Shown one piece after another: positions 26,064 to 33,248 of a stretch of DNA of 33,248 nt. The stretch is taken from NCBI GenBank assembly GCA_018694455.1, contig JABHNP010000069.1:1-33248 (forward strand), in the 5' to 3' direction. The notes below the pieces were generated by a model. That model was not told the origin of the DNA, searched no databases, and saw only the letters and a list, made by a program, of their open reading frames with translations. The first letter of the stretch is position 1. Every line of letters starts with the position of its first letter. The stretch is from Planctomycetaceae bacterium. Lineage in GTDB: Bacteria; Planctomycetota; Planctomycetia; Pirellulales; UBA1268. A program made the position numbers and the translations under genes.

Positions 26064-27289
26064 GGTATCTGTAATTCTCCATGCGTTGCTTCTGCTTCTG
26101 AATGACGTGGAGTCGGTCGACGATCCGATCCAAGAACAGGTGTTCCCGAAGCATCACAAAGCCTCAATTGAAACTGCCATTCTTTTGTCCAGTCCTTCGC
26201 CTGACCATCTTGGCACAATTTCACCAGCAATGTATTTTCTCCCTCCCTCATTTCAAACGGAATCCTGTACTGATCGATGCGCATTCCTCGATGATATTCA
26301 TCCCGTTCAAACAGAAGACTTCCGTTGCCCCATATCTTCCACGCATTCTTACAGCCAAGTCGCACTTCAACCTCTTGTCCCACAGGCATAGTGAAGGTTG
26401 TGAATGCATAGGCAACAACTTCTTTGAGGCCGTCTCCAGGGCCCGGAATCGCCTTGTTGATATCAACCATCCCATAGGGATCTGCAGTAAGAAATTCGTG
26501 CCAGAGCACTTGCATTCCTTTACCTGCGTATAACGCTTGAAGATCAACATTTTCTTCAGGTGGATACACCGTCGCAAAGCCCTTCCCGTCGGTGTTATCA
26601 AATGGGCCAGCCACATACCAGCCTGCAAGAAATCCAAAATGGTGCTGCAAGTCAATTATCTGACCACTCTTTCGCAAAGCAGTTGTAATCTGCTTCACCT
26701 GATCAACATTCCTGGCAGCGTCGAGTGCCTTCCGCAGTATTTCATTCACTGCTAGTTCTTCGTTCGCTTGACTTGCCTTCTGAATCAACCGATCAACAGC
26801 GTCGTATCGAAGCTCTACGCCCGGATCATCGAGCATGCTCGAAATAATTGTTTCCGCACGCTTGGGATTTCTTTGCTGAATAAGCTCCCAGGCAAGACGC
26901 CGTGCCCTGGGATCATGACGCACATCTGATAAGAAAACTTCCAAATCTTCCAATGGTATTTTTCTACTACGACCAGCGATTGCATCAACGGCAGTACGAA
27001 TCCAATTCGCTGAGAGTGGACTTGCTCCATCAATTGCAGAAAGAATTGTCGGGATTGAATCTGACTTACAGTCAGCAACTTCTTGCCAAGCAACTGCAGC
27101 TGATGGATTACCTTTCCCCTCATTTCCTACTGACTGGAGCGTCTTTAAATTTGCATCCAACGTCTCCGCTACCGAAGCAGCGGCCCCAAGAGCAACCAAA
27201 CAACACGAAATGGCCAGAAAAAACAGCACCGGACTCACGTTGTGATTTCTTATCAATTTATACACAGATTTTCTCATAACCTCGCACAC
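26060..27289 (-). CDS. Exported hypothetical protein: HEAT-like helical N-half plus C-terminal beta-sandwich (PA14-like) domain
   Basis: Signal-like LFFLAISCCLVALGAAASVA; helical repeats (ARRLAWEL, LDDPGVELRYDAV); W.VAGPFDN..GKGF..VYPPE, VAYA, KIWGNG, GENTLLVK, WQFQLRL. ATGA-coupled to the propeller gene. Start uncertain. Confidence 0.75.
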   Translation of the reverse strand: MCEVMRKSVYKLIRNHNVSPVLFFLAISCCLVALGAAASVAETLDANLKTLQSVGNEGKGNPSAAVAWQEVADCKSDSIPTILSAIDGASPLSANWIRTAVDAIAGRSRKIPLEDLEVFLSDVRHDPRARRLAWELIQQRNPKRAETIISSMLDDPGVELRYDAVDRLIQKASQANEELAVNEILRKALDAARNVDQVKQITTALRKSGQIIDLQHHFGFLAGWYVAGPFDNTDGKGFATVYPPEENVDLQALYAGKGMQVLWHEFLTADPYGMVDINKAIPGPGDGLKEVVAYAFTTFTMPVGQEVEVRLGCKNAWKIWGNGSLLFERDEYHRGMRIDQYRIPFEMREGENTLLVKLCQDGQAKDWTKEWQFQLRLCDASGTPVLGSDRRPTPRHSEAEATHGELQIP

Positions 27290-27587
27290 TGAAATGAAGC
27301 TCTTTCCTCAAACGACCAGACACGAAAGTGCCAGCAAACACTATCACATACACAAGAAGCCCTGACAACAACGTAGGCATTCCTCAAAGATTTCAAATGG
27401 AAACTAACACTTCAGAAACTGATATGAAACTTATTATTTGGTCGGTACAGTATATTGACTTCGGCAACCCTTACAGCCCATTATCAACGGCTACTCGCAT
27501 CAACCGTGTAGCGTGCCACTGACAGTAAAAAGGCGCTGGGCCCTTTCGATCTAACACCACCATTCAATCCTACCGAGACTACAAGTC

Positions 27588-28190
27588 ATGCTTCCTGAAC
27601 CTGATGCCAAGAATTCACCTGGTGACGTTCTCATTGTTATTGGTGATGCCTCAGAAACAGTCGACACCCTCTATCCATACTTTCGCCTCCAAGAATCTGG
27701 TTTCCGGCCGCATGTCATCGCGGCAGAAAAACGATTGCACCAGATGGTCTTACACGAAGTGCGACCTGGGTGGACCATTACGAAAGAATGGGAGGGATAT
27801 CAAATCATGGCGGATGCTGCTTTTGCCGACGTCCGCCCGGAAGATTATCAAGGCATTTTTTTTAGCGGAGGAAGGGCTCCGGAATATATCCGTTACAACT
27901 CTGATCTTATTCGTATCACACGGCACTTTTTTGAGCAAAACAAGCCTGTGGCGAGTGTCTGCCACGGCGTGGAAATACCAGCCTATGCCGACTGCGTCCA
28001 AGGACGACGCATGGCTACCGTTGAAAAATGTCGTCACGAACTGGAATCAGCTGGTGGCATCTTTATTGACGCTCCATGTGTGGTCGATAAAAATCTGATA
28101 AGTGGCCGAACCTACCACGACAGCGGCCTGTTTATCGGAGCCTGGATAAAACTTCTTGAGGCTTCTCGCGAACCTGAAAATGCCGTGTAA
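27588..28190 (+). CDS. DJ-1/PfpI family protein (glyoxalase III/deglycase/protease-like)
   Basis: GDASETVD (conserved Glu), GGRAPEYIR, KPVASVCHG (nucleophilic Cys), VVDKNLISGRT. Confidence 0.92.
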   Translation: MLPEPDAKNSPGDVLIVIGDASETVDTLYPYFRLQESGFRPHVIAAEKRLHQMVLHEVRPGWTITKEWEGYQIMADAAFADVRPEDYQGIFFSGGRAPEYIRYNSDLIRITRHFFEQNKPVASVCHGVEIPAYADCVQGRRMATVEKCRHELESAGGIFIDAPCVVDKNLISGRTYHDSGLFIGAWIKLLEASREPENAV

Positions 28191-28192
28191 AA

Positions 28193-29461
28193 CTAGCGTG
28201 CTGCAGCTTCTTGTTCTGCTCGAAGAGTTTCAAGAGGCTCAATTATTTCATCGAGCCGTTCATTGAAAAGATCGCCTATAAGGAGATCTGTGACATGGCC
28301 ACGAAGATGAGGGAATCGCTTGACAAACTTACCGAAGTTAAAACCATCATAAAATTCATAAACCAGTCGCCGCATGCGATCCATACCCCGCACATAATCC
28401 CGCCCCCAAGAACCTAACCGCTCCGCGGACAAGTCGTTCTCTTGAAGCGCAGCAACCACCGCATCACCGGCAAGTTCACCACTTTTCAGCGCTAATAGTA
28501 TGCCCGAGGAGTAGAGCGGATCAAGAAAACCAAAGGCATCACCGACAAGAACCCAGCCGTCGCCGGCAACGTCCCGTGCCCGATAAGAGTATTCTTTTGC
28601 AACACGAACAGACTCGATTTTCGTCGCCTTGTCGAGGCGTCCGTGAAGCCCGAGACACCGTTTCATTTCTGCAGCGTAAACAGCCTCTAAATCCTTCTTT
28701 TCTCTGTTTTGAAAAAGATAGTCATACCCAGCAACCACGCCAATACTCACAACATCATCGTCGAGCGGTATGTACCACAGCCATCCCTGCTTATCATCCA
28801 GTTGCATAACAAGAGTCGCACCTTCATCACGACCGGTTCCTCGTGCTGCACCTTTCCAATAACTCCACAAAGCTGCTTTTTTAAGAATTGGATCCCACTC
28901 TCGAAGACCGAGTCTACTTGTGACCATTGCTGCTTGACCACTTGCATCTATAACAACCTTTGCAGCAATTGTTGATATCCGCCCGAACTCATCAGCTACA
29001 CGTACCCCCGTCGCACGCGTTCCCTCGAATAAAACCTCAAGCACACGCATACCTTCGTGTACCTTAACCCCATTCGACTCAGCATTGCGAAGCATCATCT
29101 CATCAAAATCTGCTCGACGAACTTGCCATGTTTGTGAACTTTCATCGTCCCGATGATCAATAAAATAAAAAGGTGCTGAAAGCACTCCTTTTTCATTCAC
29201 GAATTGGACGGAATGTTTTTCTACAAAACGGCTTCCTCGCAAACGATCGATCATGCCGAGACGCTTTAATGTCCAGAACGTTTCTGGGATAAGTGACTCC
29301 CCAACGTGGAATCGGGGAAACTTCTCCCGCTCAAAAAGCATTACACATCGCCCCTGCTGAGCTGCAATAGTTGCAGCGGTGGTGCCTGCTGGTCCACCAC
29401 CTACAACAATTACTTCCGTTTGCTCCGGAAGTGGTACTGCGTCGGGTGTTCGTTCGACCAT
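28193..29461 (-). CDS. FAD-dependent oxidoreductase of the flavin-dependent halogenase (tryptophan halogenase-like) family
   Basis: VVGGGPAG, ERE.FPRFHVGESL.P, FVEK (candidate catalytic Lys), QV.RADFD, DASG, GWLWYIP (WxWxIP), GDAFGFLDPLYSSG. Strong RBS GAGGAGG at 29466-29472. Confidence 0.85.
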   Translation of the reverse strand: MVERTPDAVPLPEQTEVIVVGGGPAGTTAATIAAQQGRCVMLFEREKFPRFHVGESLIPETFWTLKRLGMIDRLRGSRFVEKHSVQFVNEKGVLSAPFYFIDHRDDESSQTWQVRRADFDEMMLRNAESNGVKVHEGMRVLEVLFEGTRATGVRVADEFGRISTIAAKVVIDASGQAAMVTSRLGLREWDPILKKAALWSYWKGAARGTGRDEGATLVMQLDDKQGWLWYIPLDDDVVSIGVVAGYDYLFQNREKKDLEAVYAAEMKRCLGLHGRLDKATKIESVRVAKEYSYRARDVAGDGWVLVGDAFGFLDPLYSSGILLALKSGELAGDAVVAALQENDLSAERLGSWGRDYVRGMDRMRRLVYEFYDGFNFGKFVKRFPHLRGHVTDLLIGDLFNERLDEIIEPLETLRAEQEAAAR

Positions 29462-29717
29462 TTTTCCTCCTCATCATCATCAATACTCAATGCTCGCCGC
29501 ACCGCACCGGAGCAGTATTCCCTATTTCCTTCTTAGCCCAAAGAATCTGAAGGTCAAACTACAAACTCTCACTTCTATGCCGACGGGCCTTTATTACAAG
29601 CATCTTTTACTTTTTATTGCTCTCGCTGTGTCGCAACAAGAAACCATTGAGCCACTCATCCTTTCACACGAAAACCTGCAGGCATTCTACTGCAAGATCT
29701 ACTACCTTCTGCGACAT

Positions 29718-30551
29718 TTACTGTGCGAGAAACAGAGGAAGCGGACTACCACGAAGCAATTGCAATGCCGTCTCACCGAACAATTTCCGGAGAAGAAGGT
29801 TCTTGGCAGAATTGCCAGCGACTATGAGATCTGCCTCCCAGGTTTCTGCGTAGGACACGACTTCTTGCACAGGATCGCCCTGAATCAGATCAGTCTCAAC
29901 ATCTCTACCATGCGACGCAAAGTAACCTTCAGCAGCTTTCAAACGACGGCTTCCTGCATTGAGATCATTGCAAAAATGAACAATCCGCACCTTTGCCTCA
30001 GGATAAATTCCAGACTGAACAAAATGCTTAAATGTCTTTGCACTTTCGAGTGAACCAGAATAGGCAACAAGCACACGACGGACAGGTCGAAACATTTCAG
30101 AGACAGCAAGCATCGGGCGAACCCCTGCAGCCACCAGCCGCTCGAGACTGTCTGTCGGCTCTGGGACTACGTCGTGCTCAAAAAGCCCCTGAAGACCAAA
30201 CACACAGAGATCTTGATAGCGAACTAGGTCGGCTACAATTTCGAATGGATTCCCTGTTTGCTCACTCGTTTGATGAGGCACACCAGCTGCCATACATTTC
30301 TCTGCAAAAAGCTTATTCGCCTTCTCAATTTCAGCAGCAACTTTTTCCATGCGATCTTGACGGAGTTCGGCTGTCAGCGTTTCAACACCTACGCCGATTG
30401 GCCGTGGACCTGTCCATTCAAGACGTGAAGGATCAACCACTGCCACACCAAGGAGTTCTGCTTGTTGAGATTGAGCAATCTCGATGGCGTGGCTCACAAC
30501 TGATTCAGCGTGGCGGCTCGTTCCAAGCCCAACAAGAATACGTTTTATCAT
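29718..30551 (-). CDS. Universal stress protein (tandem USP domains)
   Basis: MIKRILVGL, DLCVFG, RRVLVAYSGSLESAK, ADLIVAG...LFGETALQLL...PLFL. Confidence 0.9.
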   Translation of the reverse strand: MIKRILVGLGTSRHAESVVSHAIEIAQSQQAELLGVAVVDPSRLEWTGPRPIGVGVETLTAELRQDRMEKVAAEIEKANKLFAEKCMAAGVPHQTSEQTGNPFEIVADLVRYQDLCVFGLQGLFEHDVVPEPTDSLERLVAAGVRPMLAVSEMFRPVRRVLVAYSGSLESAKTFKHFVQSGIYPEAKVRIVHFCNDLNAGSRRLKAAEGYFASHGRDVETDLIQGDPVQEVVSYAETWEADLIVAGNSAKNLLLRKLFGETALQLLRGSPLPLFLAQ

Positions 30552-30810
30552 GACAGCATTTCAGGGTTCGTTGACAGAAATTGTCAGAATCAAAAGACTA
30601 CAATCCAACCACCTGAAATTCTTTCACACTTCAATCGCAGCGACTACCTTCATCAACGGCGCACGGGAAACGCAGACTATTCGATACAACAGCACAACTT
30701 GTCGTTACAACAAACCAAATCAAACCATGTATTCATTTGCTAGCGAGGGATAGGTCATCGAACTGAAAACGCTTACTTTCCTGAAAGCCTAAATGGCATG
30801 CAGAAAAGCT

Positions 30811-31836
30811 TTATCCGAGCGAATAGATGAGGAACAAGCCACTGAGAATGACAAAGAACATGAGGAATGCATCTGGCTCTACAAATGGAATCCGGCGTTC
30901 ACCATGATAAAGCTGTCCTAATGCAGCAATAGCGGTAGCAAGACAAATGACAAATGCGGTTACTGCATGAGCCTCCGATACGCTCAGAAAAATTGATCCA
31001 TCGTAGAACCCATCAAGCACAACAAAAAGAAGAATGTTAAAAGCATTGCTCCCAAAAGCATTTCCTATCGCAAGATCGATCGCACCAATACGAATTGCTG
31101 TCAGTGATGCAACGAGTTCGGGCAATGATGTTGTTACCGCAACGAGTGTTGTGCCAACAAAGGTGCCGCCAAGCCCTGTTTCTTCAGCCAGAGCACCTGC
31201 TACGTGTGCGAGCTGGGGTCCGGCAAAACACAAGACGGCTGCCGCGATACCAAAAACAAGAGACGGTAACAAAAATGGTGCTTTATGGATCGCTTTCTTC
31301 GCTGTTACCACATTGTCACTTGACTGAGATTCAGCAGAAATTCTTATCGCGATCCGTTGGTTCAAGAAAATCATCCTCGCGCCGAAAACATATGCCAAAA
31401 GAATTGCCCACGACCAGGCACTTATCCCAAAGCAGGTTCCAATTGTCACTTTATCAGACGTAATGATGGCTAAGCCGGCCAGCGATGTCACCGCAATACA
31501 TAATATTGCCGAAAGTGCATGAGCAGCTCCTTCCCGTGATAGCATTTTTTTTCCTGAACGAATACTTAAATCAACTGCTGCCAAGATAAGCAGGTTCATC
31601 AGGCTGCTGCCAAGAAGATCGCCGGCAGCCAGATCGACAAAACCAGAACGAATAGCCGTAATATCAACAGACAATTCCGGAAGCGATGTAACTCCTGCCA
31701 AGAGTAAGCTTCCAACAAGAAGTCGGCTTAGCCCTGTTGCCTCAGCAATTCGATCTGCCGACCGGGCAAGCAATGAGCCGGCGATCGCAACAGCGCCAGC
31801 AAGCAACACGAATTGTCCCACGAGCAGAACTGGCAT
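30811..31836 (-). CDS. CaCA-family cation antiporter (sodium:calcium exchanger, YrbG-like)
   Basis: Two alpha repeats: LLAGVTSLPEL...GDLLGSSLMN and LVAVTTSLPEL...GNAFGSNAFN; about 10 TM segments. Confidence 0.92.
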   Translation of the reverse strand: MPVLLVGQFVLLAGAVAIAGSLLARSADRIAEATGLSRLLVGSLLLAGVTSLPELSVDITAIRSGFVDLAAGDLLGSSLMNLLILAAVDLSIRSGKKMLSREGAAHALSAILCIAVTSLAGLAIITSDKVTIGTCFGISAWSWAILLAYVFGARMIFLNQRIAIRISAESQSSDNVVTAKKAIHKAPFLLPSLVFGIAAAVLCFAGPQLAHVAGALAEETGLGGTFVGTTLVAVTTSLPELVASLTAIRIGAIDLAIGNAFGSNAFNILLFVVLDGFYDGSIFLSVSEAHAVTAFVICLATAIAALGQLYHGERRIPFVEPDAFLMFFVILSGLFLIYSLG

Positions 31837-31861
31837 GAGGTTTATCTGAGCTCACAGTAAT

Positions 31862-32638
31862 TCATGGGCCCTTATGTCGCCTCCTAAACGTCACGAGTTG
31901 ATCTGCCTGCCGACGAACATCTCGATCACTGAGTGGCTTCGCAAGAACAAGACCAGCAATAAAGCCGGCTACATGTGCTGAATAAGCAACTCCTCCCCCT
32001 GTGTCCGAAAGACCAAGTACGACCTGCATAAGAAAGTAAATACCAACGGCCACGTAACCAGGAACGTCCATAATGATCCGAAGCAAGATGACACTCACCC
32101 GACGGTTTGGATGGAGCACAAGATACCCACCCAACACACCAGAAATTGCGCCAGACGCACCAAGACAAGGAGTAAGCGCCTCATCTCCTTGAGCATTGAG
32201 CATAACAAAGGCAAGTGAAGCCAGAACTCCAGCAGCTAGATAGAAGATGAGATAACGAATATGGCCCATGTCATCTTCGACATTGTCTCCGAAGATAAAA
32301 AGAAACCACATGTTACCCAGGAGGTGCATCCACCCGCCGTGTAGAAAAATTCCTGTAATTAACGTGAGGTAAACAGGGATCGGTGTTGGTCGAAGTCCTG
32401 GTACCGACACCTGATATTGCTGGCCCTCATATTCAACCTCTCGTACCGCAGGTTCGGTCACGACATCTTGGCCGGTCACAATTTCAGCCGGAACTTGGCA
32501 AAAAGCAAGGGTCACATTATCATTCTGTCCGCCTTGTTGAAAAAGTACGAAGACAATAATGTTCGCTGCGATGAGTGACCAGGTCACCCATGGCATCCTC
32601 TGACGGTCAGAATTATCATCTCCAAGTGGAAAAACCAT
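31862..32638 (-). CDS. Rhomboid family intramembrane serine protease
   Basis: FLHGGWMHLLGNMWFL.IFGDNVED, GASGAISG (catalytic S), AHVAGF (catalytic H). Confidence 0.95.
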   Translation of the reverse strand: MVFPLGDDNSDRQRMPWVTWSLIAANIIVFVLFQQGGQNDNVTLAFCQVPAEIVTGQDVVTEPAVREVEYEGQQYQVSVPGLRPTPIPVYLTLITGIFLHGGWMHLLGNMWFLFIFGDNVEDDMGHIRYLIFYLAAGVLASLAFVMLNAQGDEALTPCLGASGAISGVLGGYLVLHPNRRVSVILLRIIMDVPGYVAVGIYFLMQVVLGLSDTGGGVAYSAHVAGFIAGLVLAKPLSDRDVRRQADQLVTFRRRHKGP

Positions 32639-32705
32639 AATCGGCAGGTCTGAGGGAATCTGATTATCACACTGTCACAACGACAACGTATCAGTTTCCT
32701 AATGT

Positions 32706-32731
32706 AGTCCCTACGAATAAAAAAAGGGACT
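32706..32731 (-). terminator. Hairpin just downstream of the DoxX stop
   Basis: AGTCCCT-N12-AGGGACT; weak U-tract. Confidence 0.35.
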
Positions 32732-32734
32732 GTT

Positions 32735-33226
32735 TCACGCAGCCTTCGAGCGTTGCGAACTCTTCACCTTCTGAGTCGGTGATATTTCGGCTTCTTCGAG
32801 CTTTTGTTCAATCCACCCATCGACACTCCAGGGGCCACCACCGGCATAAATCATTGAAAGTAGTCCGCCGCCGATTGCCATATTCTTCATGAATTGAATA
32901 ATCTGCAATTGTCTTTGGGTTGGGTCAGCAATCATCCAAAAATCATGGAAATAAAATGTTGCTGCCGCGAGAAAGACAAACAAGAAGGCTGCCCCAATCC
33001 GAGTCCAAGCACCAGCCAGAACGGAAAGGCCGCCAATAAGAATGAGACCAATGGCACCGAACAGTGCCAGCCGAGGATTAGGAATGCCTTCACTGCCCAT
33101 ATATTCAGCTGTTTGTGAGAAGTGACGGATTTTACTGTCGAAAGCGCTGAACAAAAAGATTGCTACGACCATAAATCGCGCTAGTAGAGATATGCATCCC
33201 TGAACAAAATTGGCAACCTGTTCCAT
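32735..33226 (-). CDS. DoxX family membrane protein
   Basis: LARFMVVAIF, KI..F..T..YM...G.P, GGLSVLAG..TRIGA, FHDFW, FMKNMAIGGGLL, GGGPWSVD. Confidence 0.92.
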   Translation of the reverse strand: MEQVANFVQGCISLLARFMVVAIFLFSAFDSKIRHFSQTAEYMGSEGIPNPRLALFGAIGLILIGGLSVLAGAWTRIGAAFLFVFLAAATFYFHDFWMIADPTQRQLQIIQFMKNMAIGGGLLSMIYAGGGPWSVDGWIEQKLEEAEISPTQKVKSSQRSKAA

Positions 33227-33248
33227 GATGTGACCGTTCCTGCCTTAA

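Noticed and set aside
27400-27431. Three GAAACT words upstream of DJ-1/PfpI
   Set aside because: Irregular spacing (15 and 11 bp) in AT-rich DNA; too weak to call a repeat or an ECF promoter.
29482-29717. Leader hairpin before the halogenase-like gene and tiny minus-strand ORFs (e.g. MSQKVVDLAVECLQVFV, 29664-29717) as a possible riboswitch or RiPP precursor
   Set aside because: No fluoride or cobalamin riboswitch consensus; the peptides lack leader/core features and no RiPP machinery is present.
29379-30553. Long plus-strand ORFs 29379-30053 (224 aa) and 30032-30553 (173 aa)
   Set aside because: Antisense to the halogenase-like and USP genes, with no motifs or RBS.
1-33248. CRISPR arrays, tRNA/rRNA genes, transposases/integrases, toxin-antitoxin or anti-phage defence genes
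   Set aside because: None seen; intergenic gaps are all under about 300 bp without regularly spaced repeats, and every long ORF is accounted for by metabolic or envelope families.

Overview
A gene-dense, roughly 50% GC (by eye) bacterial window. Its domain content (DUF1552/DUF1592 pair, PVC-type heme-binding dehydrogenase, ThuA, DUF1080, three Cys-type sulfatases, PQQ-like propeller) points strongly to Planctomycetota, probably Pirellulales-like. Positions 1-24.7 kb form a large carbohydrate-catabolism region. It starts with a XylR-type regulator divergent from a 7-gene minus-strand operon: Gfo/Idh/MocA oxidoreductase, cytochrome c/HEAT protein, PVC-type dehydrogenase propeller, ThuA, arylsulfatase, DUF1552, and a DUF1592 cytochrome c protein that is truncated by the window edge and missing from the ORF track. 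It continues with a NupG-type MFS permease, a NagB-PIG-L fusion, a second Gfo/Idh/MocA, DUF1080, a beta-hydroxyacid dehydrogenase, an FAH-family hydrolase, galM, an esterase and two more sulfatases. The right end carries a PQQ-propeller/helical-repeat pair, DJ-1/PfpI, an orphan flavin-dependent halogenase-like enzyme, a USP, a CaCA antiporter, a rhomboid protease and DoxX. The most notable observations are a PVC-type heme dehydrogenase that appears split into two separately exported genes in swapped order, an adjacent DUF1552/DUF1592 pair also in reversed order, a candidate periplasmic 3-keto-glycoside (oxidative) pathway for sulfated or amino-sugar glycans, and two intergenic regions with competing hairpins. 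I saw no rRNA, tRNA, CRISPR array or mobile element. All family assignments are from motif recognition, not database searches.
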